Assembly: GCA_963735595.1 (NCBI GenBank)
Contig: CAVTLK010000001.1
Coordinates: 448,001-512,000 of the forward strand
Reading direction: 5' to 3'
Length of the DNA stretch: 64,000 nucleotides
Origin: an uncultured delta proteobacterium
Lineage (GTDB): Bacteria > Desulfobacterota > Zymogenia > Zymogenales > Zymogenaceae
In this document: positions 42,491 to 54,775 of the stretch, one piece after another
How the letters are laid out: each line of letters opens with the position of its first letter
How positions within the stretch are numbered: the stretch's first letter is position 1
Program-made: the position numbers and the translations under genes
Notes under the pieces: generated by a model
The model's database searches: none
What the model was told of the DNA's origin: nothing
What the model saw: the letters and a program-made list of their open reading frames with translations, nothing else

Positions 42491-43840
42491 TTATTCCTTT
42501 GGACGCCTGTCCACGACCCTCACTGCCTTCCCTTCCGTTGCCGGCAGTGTACCGGCGGCGATGACCGTAACGCGCGGAGTGATCAAGAGTTCGGATTTCA
42601 AATCGCCAATGATCTTTTTTTCCAGCTCTCGCACCCGAGCGCCCCCCCCGGAAAAGAGGGCGTTGTCCGCCTCTACCTGGACCGTCATGCGGTCTATATG
42701 GTCCACCGCGTCCAGCTCAATAAGGAAATTGCTCCCCACGCCGTCGCACCGCATCAGCACCTGTTCCACCTGGACGGGGAAGATATTGACCCCCTTGATG
42801 ATGAGCATGTCGTCGGTCCGGCCGGTTATCCGGCTGATACGCCGGTGCGTCCTGCCGCAGGGGCACCGCCCGGGCATGAGCCGGACCCGGTCCCGCGTCC
42901 GGTAGCGGATCATCGGCATGGCCTCGCGGTCAAGCGTCGTCAGGACAAGCTCTCCCTCCGCGCCGGGGGCGACCGGCAAGAGCGTAGCCGGGTCGATCAC
43001 CTCGACGAGGTAGCGGTCCTCCCAGATGTGCATCCCGTCTTTTTCGGTGCATTCGAAGGCCACACCCGGCCCACACATTTCGGAGAGCCCGTAGGAGTTA
43101 AATGCGTCAACCCCGTAGAATTCTTCGATCTTTTTCCGAGATTCCTCCGAGTGGGGCTCCGCCCCTATGAACGCGCGGGCCAGTTTCGTGTCTTTCCGCG
43201 GGTCCACTCCCTCCTCGGAGAATATCGAGGCAAGGTGCAACGCGTAGCTCGGGATGATATGCACCGCCGTCGTCCCGTATTCCTTCATCAGCATGATCTG
43301 CCGCTTGGAGTTGCCGGAGCCGGCCGGGATGACCATAGCGCCGATTTTCTCGGCCCCATAGTGGAACCCGAGGCCGCCGGTAAAGAGCCCGTAGCCCATC
43401 ATGTTCTGAAATACGTCGGTATCCCTGAAGCCGGTCATAAAGAGACAGCGGGCCACGAGGTCGGCCCACCGGTCGATATCGTACTTCGTATGGAAGACCA
43501 CGACCGGTCTTCCCGTGGTTCCCGAGGATGAGTGCATGCGCACGACCTGCTTGAGCGGAACCGAGAGGAAGTCGGCCGGCTCGTGTTTCCGCAGGTCGTT
43601 CTTATCGATAAACGGGAACTTCTCGATATCGGCCAGGCGCGTAACCGACGCCCCCGACAATCCCGAATCGCCCAAAAGCTTCGAATAAAACGGTGCACGC
43701 AGGGCGCCCGCAACGGTGGCTTTGAGATGCGTTACCGTATGGGATTCGAGATCCCCGGGCCCGATCGTTTCCAGTGCCTCGTTCCAGAATTCCACAGTCG
43801 TCCTCCCGCTGTTCTTCACATACAAATAAGTATGTACCAC
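42491..43840 (-). CDS. paaK: Phenylacetate--CoA ligase family protein
   Basis: HSSSGTTG, GYGLFTGGLG.HYGAE, YGLSEM.GPGVA, RYRTRD, GRTDDMLII.GVN. Confidence 0.9.
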   Translation of the reverse strand: MVHTYLYVKNSGRTTVEFWNEALETIGPGDLESHTVTHLKATVAGALRAPFYSKLLGDSGLSGASVTRLADIEKFPFIDKNDLRKHEPADFLSVPLKQVVRMHSSSGTTGRPVVVFHTKYDIDRWADLVARCLFMTGFRDTDVFQNMMGYGLFTGGLGFHYGAEKIGAMVIPAGSGNSKRQIMLMKEYGTTAVHIIPSYALHLASIFSEEGVDPRKDTKLARAFIGAEPHSEESRKKIEEFYGVDAFNSYGLSEMCGPGVAFECTEKDGMHIWEDRYLVEVIDPATLLPVAPGAEGELVLTTLDREAMPMIRYRTRDRVRLMPGRCPCGRTHRRISRITGRTDDMLIIKGVNIFPVQVEQVLMRCDGVGSNFLIELDAVDHIDRMTVQVEADNALFSGGGARVRELEKKIIGDLKSELLITPRVTVIAAGTLPATEGKAVRVVDRRPKE

Positions 43841-44109
43841 ATTCGGGCAGCCAAGTCAAAAGGATAAGAGAAACGCCGTGCGTCATGTATGCCGCCCTGC
43901 AAGTGCTAACGCGTCTCTACGTGCAGGATTCTCATGTCTGTAACCCGCAACGGCCCGTTCGGCCGCCGTTTTCATATTTGCCCTTGATGCCGAGCGCATT
44001 TGTATGGTAGATTCAGGATGTAAGATACACAGGTGTCAACCGTGGACAATCCCGTTAGACCGTATCCCCTTGCCCGCAATGACCATCCTTCCGCGAGGCG
44101 GTATCTCCA

Positions 44110-45205
44110 ATGAAAAACGGTATATACATCGTCGCCGGGGCCCGCCCGAATTTCGTGAAAATCGCCCCGCTGGTATGGGAATTCAAAAGACGCGGTTTCA
44201 CTGACTACCGAATCATCCATACCGGCCAGCACTATGACTATACGATGAGCCAGGTCTTTTTTGATGACCTGGGGCTTGACCAACCGGATTACTTCCTGAA
44301 CGTCGGCTCGGGAACGCATTCCTACCAGACGGCCGAAATAATGAAATCGTTCGAAACGATATGCAGCGATAAAACGCCGGAAAGTATCGCCGTCGTGGGC
44401 GACGTCAATTCAACTCTGGCGGCTTCTCTTGTCGGGGCCAAGCTCACGATACCGGTTTCCCATATCGAGGCGGGGCTGAGGAGCTTCGACAGGTCGATGC
44501 CCGAAGAGATCAATCGGATAGTGACGGACCATGTCAGCGACAAGCTGTTCGTAACGGAAGAATCCGGCATCAGAAACCTGAAAAACGAGGGAATAGAAGA
44601 AATAAAGATGTTCTTCGTCGGAAACATAATGATCGATTCACTCGTCAGAGTGCTTCCAACGGTTAAGGCGCGTGCCCACCCGGAAGGGGAATACGCCCCT
44701 CGTGACCCTCCACCGGCCGTCAAACGTCGACAGCAGGGGTCAGCTTCTGCATGTTATCGAGATCCTGGAAAGCGTATCCCGTGAGCTCCCTGTGCTGTTC
44801 TTCGCCCATCCCCGGACGCGCGCCAGGATCACGGAATTCGGGCTGGAAGCAATGTTCCGGTATCAGGAATCTCCGGATGCGGGGTTTACCGAGGGCATCT
44901 ATCTCCTGGACCCGGTCGGGTACGTCGAGTTTCTTACCTATACCAGCCATGCTAAGATTGTCCTGACGGACAGCGGCGGCATCCAGGAGGAAACGACGTA
45001 CCTGGGGATTCCGTGTATCACCTTGAGGGACAATACGGAGAGGCCGGTAACGGTAGACGTGGGGACTAACGTTATCGCGGGACTGGATAAAGACCTTATT
45101 ATGAGCCATGTCGGGCAGATCATGCAGGGGTCCTATAAGAATGGAAGCATCCCGGAATTATGGGACGGGAAAACGGCATCCAGGATAGCCGATGCACTCG
45201 TGTAG
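44110..45205 (+). CDS. wecB: UDP-N-acetylglucosamine 2-epimerase (non-hydrolyzing); frameshift near 44695
   Basis: GARPNFVK, HTGQHYD, GDVNST, HIEAGLRS, TLHRPSNVD, TDSGGIQEE, TERP. Confidence 0.93.
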
Positions 45206-45364
45206 GTAATTGAGATTCGCCGGCACGTTTCCTATTTCTCTCGGTACTGTCGTACCTCCCGTAACCCGAAAAATACAACCCGGGCCGACCGATACAAACC
45301 AGCCTCTGGATACACTAAATAACTGAAAAAAGGACGGATTTCACCCAAAAAAGCACGAAAAGTA

Positions 45365-45392
45365 TTGACAATTTCTATAGATTTACTATACT
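45365..45392 (+). promoter_or_regulatory. Sigma70 promoter of yqeY-mutS2-dnaG-rpoD
   Basis: TTGACA-16 bp-TATACT. Confidence 0.65.
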
Positions 45393-45425
45393 TAGTAAGT
45401 TTAAGTGACCCAGCAAGAGGAAACC

Positions 45426-45881
45426 ATGCCTTCTCTTAAGGAACAACTGGACGCCGACCTCAAAGAGGCCCAAAAGGCCAGGGATATGATCCGCGTCAAC
45501 GTCATAAGGATGCTCAAGACCACCATCAAGAACCGGGAAGTGGAAAAGATCGGAGACCTCACCGATCAGGAGCTTCTCCAGGCCGTCAACGCCCAGGTCA
45601 AGACCCGCCTGGAGGCTATCGAGGGGTTCAAGAAAGGCGGCCGTGACGAGAGCGTGAAAAAAGAGGAGGCCGAACTGGCGATCCTGAAGGCCTATCTCCC
45701 GGCGCAGCTCTCAAAAGAAGAGATCGTGGCCCTTATCGAAAAAGCGGTTACGGAGACCGAGGCCGCCGGCCCCAGGGACATGGGCAAGGTCATGAAAGCC
45801 CTCATGGACGACGTTACCGGAAAGGCGGACGGAAAGCTCGTCAGCGAGCTGGTAAAAGAGAAACTATCCTCACTGTCATAA
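45426..45881 (+). CDS. GatB/YqeY domain protein
   Basis: YLPAQLS, DMGKVMK, GKADGK; SD GAGG before ATG 45426. Confidence 0.93.
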   Translation: MPSLKEQLDADLKEAQKARDMIRVNVIRMLKTTIKNREVEKIGDLTDQELLQAVNAQVKTRLEAIEGFKKGGRDESVKKEEAELAILKAYLPAQLSKEEIVALIEKAVTETEAAGPRDMGKVMKALMDDVTGKADGKLVSELVKEKLSSLS

Positions 45882-45988
45882 AACCGTGACAGTTTCTACT
45901 CAGAACTTCTCAATAGACAACGGTGCGTAACCGTCGTCGAACGAACTAATGAGGGGCTTACCCCCCGCCCCTGCCCAAGAAAGTGCAG

Positions 45989-48330
45989 ATGGACAACCGC
46001 ACCCTTGAGGTTCTCGAATATCCGAAAATCCTGAAGATCCTCGCGGACTTTGCGTCAACCGTTCCGGGAAGCGAGCGCTGCCTTGCCCTGCTGCCCCAAA
46101 CGAACCCCGCGGGTGTCTCCAGAATCCAGGCCGTCGTTAAAGAGATCAGGGAGATCAGCGTAGTCGAGGGAAGGCTTCCCTTTGGAGGGATCTGCGCGAT
46201 AGACCACCTGCTGACGCAGCTGGCCGTTCAGGGGGCGTACCTTTCTTCCCACGAGATCCTCGATATCGCCGGCAACCTGTCCGGCCAGCGGAAACTGAAA
46301 TCGTTTCTGACCTCCTTGTCCGAACGATACCCGAAAGCCGCTGAGCTTGTCTCTTCAATTGAGACGATGAAGGACCTCGAATCCCAGATAGAATCGGCCG
46401 TCGGCCCCCAGGGAGAGATCCTGGACGGCGCCAGCGAAAGGCTCCGCGAGATCAGGAAACGAATCAGAAGCGCCCGGGAGGAGCTCAACCGGACGCTCCT
46501 TTCGGTCATGGGATCATCGTCGACCAAGGAGGCCCTGCAGGAATCCATCGTTACCCAGAGAAACGGGCGCTACGTGCTGCCGATCAAGGCCGAGCACAAG
46601 GGAAAGATCCAGGGCATCGTCCACGACCGGTCCCAATCGAGCCAGACCTTGTTTATCGAGCCGCTGTCCGTCATGGAGAAGAACAACGAGCTCTCGTCCC
46701 ACACGAAAGAGGAAAAGGACGAAGAGATCAGGGTCCTCAAACGGATCTCTGGCGAGATCGCTCTGGCAAGGGAGGCCATCGGACGGAACAACCAAACCGT
46801 CATCGAAATCGACATGCTTGCCGCCCGTGCCCTGTTCGGGGAAGCCCTCGGCGGCCTGTCCGCGGAGATCGACGAGTCCGGAAAAGTCGAGTTCAGGCAG
46901 GCCCGGCACCCGCTCTTGATCCACAGCGGCATCCATAACGGCGCACACGAGTTTTCCGGCCATGTCATCCCGATCGAGATCACCATCGGGTCGGATAAGA
47001 AGCTGGTCGTCCTCTCGGGCGCCAATACGGGCGGCAAGACCGCCGCCCTGAAAACCCTCGGCCTGCTCTCCCTGATATTCATGACGGGTATCCCGATACC
47101 CGTCGCCGAGGGGAGCACCGCCGTCGTCTTTTCAGACATCTTTGCCGATATCGGCGACGAACAGGACATAGAGGGCAAGCTCTCTACCTTTTCGGCCAAG
47201 GTGGAACGACTCAAGTATATCCTCTCCGGGGCCGGCAAAGGGTCGCTCGTTCTCATCGACGAGATCATGTCGGCCACCGATCCCGATCAGGGGAGCGCGC
47301 TGGCCATGGCGGCAATGGATTATTTATTGGATAACGGTGCAACAATTCTGATAACGACGCATCTAAATACATTAAAGACCTACGCCCTCAATCGGGAAGA
47401 TGCCGTTAACGTATCGGTTACATTCGACGAGATGAGCCGAACGCCCCTGTATATACTCAACTATGGGTCACCGGGGGGTAGTAACGCGATTGCCGTGGCC
47501 CAATCCCTCTCGCTTCCAGCCGAGGTTATCACGAGGGCCAAAGAGAACCTCTCCGATGAATCACGAAAACTCACAAGCCTTATCGCCAAGATCGAGCGCG
47601 ACAGACGTATCGTTCAAACGCAGCGGAGGGCCGTCGAAACCCTCAGGAATAACCATCAGTTACTGGCCGACGAGATGGCCAGGCTGGTAACGACGATCAA
47701 CACGAAGCGAAATGAAATCATTGAGTCTTTTCGGCGCGAGGTCAAGGAGATCGCCGGCCGCTACGAGCAGCGCTTCAAGGAGCTCTTCGGCCGTATGGAG
47801 AACGCCACCGTAAGGCGGGGTGAAATCCACAAGGAATTCTACGATACCAAACGCGCACTTATCGATTCGGTCCCCGAACCCGTCCGCGAGTCGGAATCAC
47901 CCGATGGACTTGCGGTCGGTGACGCGGTGGCGCTGAGGGGAAGTACGGTGATCGGCAGCCTTCGTTTCCCTGTCGGGCGAGCGCGCCGAGGTCGAGTTCG
48001 GGGGCAGAAAGGTCTCGGTGGATATCTCCGAGTTGAAAAAGGAGACGGCCCCGTCTCTGCCCAAGGGCGGCGCCTATCACGAGCAGTATACCGATCCGAA
48101 AGACGGAGATCAATATCATCGGTCTGACCGTCGAGGATGCCATCCCGGTGGTCGACAAGGCGATAGACAACGCGATTCTCGTGGGGTTGGCCGAGATCGA
48201 GGTCATCCACGGAAAAGGAACAGGCAGGCTTAAGCGCGGGATCAGGAGCTACCTGACGGGGCACTCCCGTGTGAAGGCGCTCAAGCACGGGGGGCTCAAC
48301 GACGGAACGACGACCGTCGAACTGTCGTAG
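45989..48330 (+). CDS. mutS2: Endonuclease MutS2 with Smr domain; frameshifts near 47960-48100
   Basis: TLEVLEY, GIVHDRS, ARHPLL, SGANTGGKT, ADIGDEQ, TTH, Smr IHGKGTGRL. Confidence 0.94.
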
Positions 48331-48498
48331 CGGGCGGTGATCGCCACTACCGGCCCGGGCGGGAGCGGCGCGGTATCGAGCCGACCGCTCTATCGGCAAG
48401 AGGAGGAATTCAGGCCGCGCGAGTTGAGACGGTGTGCGTGTTCGCTCAGGAACGGCAGAGGGCTGCCGGGCTAACGGCCCATGGAAGGAAAGAGGAAC

Positions 48499-50275
48499 GT
48501 GGCGGGAAAGATACCCGAGACGGACCATCGACGAGATCAGGGATCGAACGGATATCCTTTCCCTCATCGGCAAGTACGTCACCCTGAAAAAGGCGGGGCG
48601 CAACTTCGTGGGCCTCTGCCCTTTTCACGCGGAAAAGACCCCGTCATTTTCGGTAAATCCCGAAAAGGGGATTTATAAGTGCTTCGGCTGCGGCAAGGGC
48701 GGAAACGCCCTCACCTTCCTCATGGAAGTGGAAGGGATGTCTTTTACCGACGCCGTGCGCGATCTGGGCAACCGGTGCGGAATTCGGGTCCAGACGGACT
48801 CCCGTACAAAGGAAAAATCCGACGACCGAGCGGCGATGCTCTATGCCGTCAATGAGGATGCCCGCGTCTATTTTACGGAGAACCTCAAGGCACCCGAGGG
48901 AAAGAAAGCGGTCGAGTACCTCAAGAAGCGGGGCCTCGACGGGGCGACTGCCCGCCTCTTTCAGATCGGGTATGCGCCTCCGGGTTGGGACGGCCTTATC
49001 TCCCATATACGTCGCGCGGGGCGCGGCGATTCGCTCCTGGTCGCGGCTGGCCTTGCCGTTGAGGGCGATCGCGGGATCTACGATCGGTTCCGCGACCGGA
49101 TTATCTTTCCCATCCGGGATCACCGCGAGCGCTGCGTCGGCTTTGGCGGCAGGATCATCGGCCCGGGGGAGCCGAAATATCTCAATTCCCCCGAGACGCC
49201 CGTCTATCACAAGGGTAACGTCCTCTATGGGCTGGACATCACCCGGGAAGAGATCAGGAAGGCGGGACGGGCCGTGGTCGTTGAGGGCTATCTGGACCTG
49301 ATCGCCCTGTTCCAGGCGGGCGTGAGGAACGTCGTCGCGACGCTCGGCACGGCGCTGACCAAAGACCACCTCGATCGACTGGGGAAATATACCCGGGAGG
49401 TCGTGCTCCTCTTTGATCCGGATGAGGCCGGTATGAAGGCCGCAGAGCGAACACTCCCCCTCTTCGGGGAGGGCACCCTTTACGCCAGGGCGGCGGTCCT
49501 GCCGGGCGGCGACGACCCGGATGACTTCGTCCGAAAGAACGGGGCCGCCGCGTTCGAAGAGATCGTCGCCGGCTCGCACGACCTTTTCGATTTCGCTATC
49601 GAGCGGGTCTTTACCCGACACGACCTGGCCACGGCCGGGGGCGTCTCTCACGCCCTCGAGGAGTCGGCCCCTATCGTGGCGATGATACGAAAGAAGGCCG
49701 ATCAGGACATATACATCGGCAAGGTGACCGAGCGCCTGGGCATTCGGGAAGAATCGGTCCGGGATGCGGTCTTGCGAGGGGTTAAGAAAGGACGGCTCCC
49801 GGCACCACCGGCAGGCCGACACGGAGGCAACCCCTGCACAATTCAATCCCCCCGCGGTGGAGGCGCGGATCTTCAAGATCGCGGTGAATTTCCCGCAGAT
49901 CCTAACGCAGTCGGGGCTAACCGAGCGTCATCTCCGTCTCTTCGAGGAGGATGTCCTCAGGAAACTCGTGGGTGAGATACTCACGATAGCCCGCGAAGCT
50001 AAGATTCCACCGGTCGCGTCCCTCATAGATTCGATAGCGGACGCGGTAACACGGGAGGAGCTTATCGGGCTTTCCTTTCTCGACTATGACGAAATTGGAG
50101 AAGAATCGGAGATACTCAGGATCGCCGAGGACTGCGTCTGGCGCCTCGAGAAAAAGGAACTTGAAAGGAAGTCAAAGGAGATAAACCTGCAGATACGCGA
50201 GAATACCTCCGATGAAACGGTCAGACGGAATTATTAAGAAAAAAAACGGACTATACCAAAAACTTAAAGAGGTGA
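48499..50275 (+). CDS. dnaG: DNA primase (GTG start; frameshifts; end approximate)
   Basis: CPFHAEKTPSF, CFGCG, DRFRDRIIFPI, KYLNSPET, EGYLD, FDPDEAG, DPDD. Confidence 0.95.
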
Positions 50276-50278
50276 TTC

Positions 50279-52046
50279 ATGGCGAAGAATTCCGGAATTG
50301 ATGAGGTCAAGCAGCTCATTAATCTGGGAAAGGAAAAGGGGTTTCTCACTTACGACGAGGTAAACGACCTCCTCCCCCCCGACCTCTACCCCGATCAGTT
50401 GGACGACATCATGAATATGTTCGGGGAAATGGATATCGACATTGTCGACTCCGCCAAAAAATTCAAGATTACCAACGGGACGACCGAGAGCCCTGACCGA
50501 AGACGAAGAGCCCGAGGAAACCGAGCAGGAGGAAATCGACTATCTGCCGGGCAGCCTCGGCAAGACCAATGATCCCGTCAGGATGTACCTTCGGGAGATG
50601 GGCTCTATCGCCCTCCTGACACGGGAGGGTGAGGTTGAGATAGCCAAGAGAATCGAAAAAGGCTCGACTGATCAGCCGGGAAATGATTCTGAGCACGCCC
50701 GTTGCGCTCCGGGAAATATCGGTCCTGTGCGACAAGGTCTCCAAAGACAAGATAAAGATCAAGGATATTCTCAAGGGTCTCAACGATGAGTACTCCCTCT
50801 CCAAGAAAGACGAGAAGGAGCGTAGAGATATCTTCATCTGCGATCGTTTGCCGCATCAAGGAACTGGACGAGGCAATCGCAAACGATCGAAAGGCCCTGA
50901 CCGTCTCCGAAGATAAGGAACGGATAAAGAACTCAATAGCCGAATCTCAGGAAGAGATGTCCCGTCTCGTATTGGAGCTTGACCTCGACAAGAAACAGAT
51001 TCATAAGATCTCCTCAAAACTCAAGTCTTTTAAGGACCGGGTGAAAAAGGGAGAACAGGAGATCAAGGATCTTGAGACGAAGACCAAGCTTCCCGTAAAG
51101 GAGCTGAAGAAGCACTTTAAGAAGGCCGAGCGGGGCGATGCACGATTTGCGCAGTGTCGCCAAGTCTCTTCGCGTGTCTCAGGACGACCTCAGGGAGATG
51201 AACCGGGTTCTGAAGAACTCCGCCAGGAAGGTAAAGCGAGCCGAGCAGGAGGCCGAGATGACGGCCCGCCATATTAAGGAGACCGTCAAGAAGATCGAGG
51301 AAGGCGAGCGTGTCGAGTCGGAGGCCAAGAACGAGCTGGTGAAAGGCAAACCTGAGGCTTGTCGTATCCATCGCCAAGAAGTACACGAATCGGGGTCTCC
51401 AGTTTCTCGATCTCATCCAGGAGGGCAACGTCGGTCTAATGAAGGCGGTCGACAAATTCGAATACCAGCGCGGGATACAAGTTTTCCACGTATGCCACCT
51501 GGTGGATTCGCCAGGCGATTACCCGTGCGATCGCCGATCAGGCGCGCACCATACGCATCCCCGTCCATATGATCGAGACCATCAATAAGCTCATCCGCAC
51601 GTCGCGTTATCTTGTTCAGGAAAAGGGACGCGAGCCGACCCCGGAGGAGATAGCCGAGAAAATGGAACTGCCGCTGGACAAGGTACGTAAGGTCCTGAAG
51701 ATCGCCAAGGAACCGATTTCTCTGGAGACCCCCATCGGCGAAGAGGAAGACAGCCATCTCGGTGATTTTATCGAAGACAAGAAAATCCTCTCCCCGTCGG
51801 AGGCCATCATCAACGTCAACCTCTCCGAGCAAACCCGAAAGGTCCTTTCCACCCTTACCCCGCGCGAGGAAAAGGTGCTTGAGAAAACGGTTTGGGATCG
51901 GCGAGAAGTCCGATCATACCCTTGAGGAAGTCGGGCAGGATTTCGATGTTACCCGGGAGCGAATCAGGCAGATCGAGGCAAAGGCGCTGCGCAAGCTCAG
52001 GCACCCATCCCGCAGCAAGAAGCTCAAGAGCTTCATTGAGGGATGA
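50279..52046 (+). CDS. rpoD: RNA polymerase primary sigma factor; about seven frameshifts
   Basis: Region 1.1 [74 protein letters not shown]. Confidence 0.96.
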
Positions 52047-52149
52047 GGCACCTCTGGTCGCGCTTTATGCCGGTATCAACCCGGGCGCCCGATCGGACTG
52101 ACTTTACGGAGAAATTGGTAATAACTGCGAGATATCAGGAGCTTTTTCC

Positions 52150-52178
52150 TTGACTATTTCGCGTGTTTTAGGTAGTAT
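52150..52178 (+). promoter_or_regulatory. Sigma70 promoter of the tRNA gene
   Basis: TTGACT-17 bp-TAGTAT. Confidence 0.7.
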
Positions 52179-52197
52179 ATCTAATTAAATATTTTCC

Positions 52198-52273
52198 GGG
52201 CCCATAGCTCAGTTGGCAGAGCCACCGGCTCATAACCGGACGGTCCCAGGTTCGAATCCTGGTGGGCCCACCA
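52198..52273 (+). tRNA. tRNA with CAT anticodon, probably tRNA-Ile2 (lysidine-modified) rather than Met
   Basis: 76-nt cloverleaf: GGGCCCA/TGGGCCC acceptor, TAGCTCAG D-arm, CCGG-CTCATAA-CCGG, GTTCGAATC, encoded CCA; paired G1-C72 argues against initiator. Confidence 0.93.
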
Positions 52274-52366
52274 TACGACAGGGACAACGGGCGGCGTTGG
52301 ATACCAAACAGATAAGGGATAGAAGCTATACTTCAGAAGCGACGGTCAATCCGACCGTTTGAGGAG

Positions 52367-52392
52367 AGGTGCCGAACAGGCACCTTTTTTTT
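52367..52392 (+). terminator. Terminator-like hairpin between tRNA and Nif3 gene
   Basis: AGGTGCC-GAACA-GGCACCT followed by 7 T. Confidence 0.7.
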
Positions 52393-52396
52393 GACC

Positions 52397-53234
52397 ATGG
52401 CCCCTTCGGTCACCGACATCATCGACTTGATCCAGATCATTGCTCCCACCTACCTGGCCGAACCGTGGGATAACTGCGGTCTCCAGGTCGGCAATCCCGA
52501 CGCTCAGGTAAAAAAAATCGCCGTTGCCCTGGACCCCGATGAGCCGACGATCCTTTCGGCCGCAAAAAGCGCGGTCGATCTCCTTATTACCCATCACCCC
52601 CTTATATTCCAGCGTCTTTCTTCTATCGATGTCAGAGCCGGCACAGGCAGGGCAGTGGCCGCAGCCCTCAGCGCGGGCATTTCGGTTTATTCGGCCCACA
52701 CAAATCTCGATCATGTCCCCGAGGGAACGAGCTTCGCGATGGCCCAGAAACTTTCCCTCATCAATCCGGACCCCCTGCCCTGGCCCGGTCTCGGCCGCCC
52801 ACAGCAGGCCGTATCAACCGACCATACCGATGGCCCCGGACGGAATCGTCTATATCGGCGACCTCCCTTCAAGAATGAAACTCATCGACCTTGCTAGATT
52901 CGTACAGGAATCCCTCGACGCCCCCCTGATACGCTATGTCGGCGATCGGCAGTGCTCCGTCTTCCGGGCGGCCGTTTGCGCGGGAAGCGGAGGCGATTTC
53001 GTCGCAACGGCACGCTCGCTGGGCGCTGATGTCCTGATCACCGGGGAGGTCAGGTATCACGCGGCCGTATCGGCGGTAGAGTCGGGCATTGCGCTGATTG
53101 AGGTCGGGCATTTCTGGTCAGAGCTTCCCGTTATATCTGAGGTGGCGCGTAGTATCGAAGAACAATTACTCATAAGGAAATGGTCCGTCGGCGTCATGAC
53201 TATCCAGGGACGGGACCCGTTCTCGTATGTATAG
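52397..53234 (+). CDS. Nif3-like dinuclear metal center hexameric protein; frameshift near 52800-52830
   Basis: WDNCGLQVG, ITHHPLIF, HTNLD, CAGSGG, ITGEVRYH, GHFWSE. Confidence 0.92.
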
Positions 53235-53307
53235 CACACGAAGCATCACTATAGAACTGTTTCCGATCCGCCCTATAGCCGGATCCATCAAGTAATGGAG
53301 GAGAAGC

Positions 53308-54053
53308 GTGAATGAAGAGGTAATTCTCATGATACGTCTTCAGGAGTTGGATACCGAGATCGTTTTCCTCAGGCGGGAGAAGACCGAGATACCCGTGCGT
53401 ATCGCCGACCTTAACGACGAGATCTCGACCCTTACTGACCTCCTGACTCATGAACAGGAGCGCGCCGTTGGTCTCGAAAAGGAAAAACGAAGTAAGGAAT
53501 CGGGATTAAAGGACGAGGAGGAGCGTCTGGCCAATTCCGAGAAGAAGCTCAACGAGGTCAAGACCAATAAGGAATACCAGGCCGCCCAGAAAGAGATGGA
53601 AGATCATAGAATCCAAAATTCCCTGCTCGAAGAACAGATACTCCTGGCCATGGATCAGCTTGACGCCCTCAAGACCGAGATCGCCAAAAAGTCAGGGGAG
53701 CTTGCTGACGGCACCCGTGTGATCCATGAGGAAATCGAAAAGCTCACCGCCAGGGCGGCCGCCGTCGAGGATCAGGTCACCCAAAAAGTAACGGCGACGG
53801 GCCAAGATCGTAAAGGAACTGAACTCTTCCTTCCTTTCCACGTACGAGCGGCTTATGAAGACGTTTCGTAATGAACCGGTACTCGTGAAGGTTAAAAAAG
53901 GCGTCTGCAATGGATGCTATATGAACCTTCCGCCCCAGTTCTTCAATGAGCTGCTGAGCGATCGGGACATCAAGACCTGCCCGAATTGCGCACGGCTTAT
54001 CTACCTGGACGAGGAGATTCGAAAAAGACTCGGTGAACGGGGCCCGGCCATGA
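53308..54053 (+). CDS. Coiled-coil plus C4-type zinc ribbon (DUF164-like) protein; frameshift near 53795
   Basis: LQELD, KTNKEYQA, CNGCYMNLPPQ, CPNCARLIY. Confidence 0.88.
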
Positions 54054-54623
54054 GCCGTGAACGGCTAATGGAGACGGCGGCCCGATTCCTTCGCCGTCTT
54101 ACCGAAGATCCGATACTGGCCGCCATTTCCGAGAAAGTAACCGATATGGACAGGCGGGAAATCAGCGGTCTTCTCACTTTCGCCGCAGATACGCTCTGAC
54201 CCTCCGCCTGTGCCGCCCTCGATGAGGCAACCGTCCATGTGGACGGGGCTTCCATCGGCAATCCCGGCCCGGCCGGCGCGGGCGCTAGTCATTATGGATC
54301 ATCGGAATAAAAAGATCGCCGAAGTCTGCCAGCCCCTCGGCGTGACGACCAATAACGTCGCCGAATACCGCGCGCTTATCGTCGGCCTGCGCAAGGCGCG
54401 TGAACTCGGTGTCAGGCATGTTCACGTCAGGGCGGATTCGGAGCTGATGGTCAAGCAGATATCCGGTCATTATCGAATCAGGGACGAGAAACTGCAGGCG
54501 CTCTCACGCGAGGCTAAGGAGATCATTGATTCTTTTGACTCTTTTGATATACTGCATATTGACAGGAGCAAGAATCGGGACGCGGATCGGCTCTCCAAGC
54601 GAGCCGCCGACGCCTCGGTGTAA
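54050..54623 (+). CDS. Ribonuclease HI family protein with N-terminal extension; interrupted as assembled
   Basis: VDGASIGNPGPAGAG, TNNVAEYRAL, DSELMVKQ, HIDRSKNRDADRL; in-frame TGA at 54197 and frameshift near 54284. Confidence 0.85.
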
Positions 54624-54775
54624 CGGCCTCGATACGTTTTATATCGTAAACGGTATGACTTCGTCTTACGCGGAGTCGCTGGGACTAAATTGCGTCTGTT
54701 AGCGGCCCGTTGGCCGGAATGATGAACGCAGGTTTTCTACTTCGGCCAAAATCGAAACTACACAAGGAGGAAGGA

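Noticed and set aside
50279..52046. rpoD, dnaG and ptsI as pseudogenes or programmed frameshifts
   Set aside because: Essential genes with all motifs preserved across frames and no consistent slippery motif; sequencing error is more parsimonious
52198..52400. tRNA as integration site of a genomic island
   Set aside because: No integrase, no duplicated tRNA 3' end seen, and downstream genes are conserved neighbours
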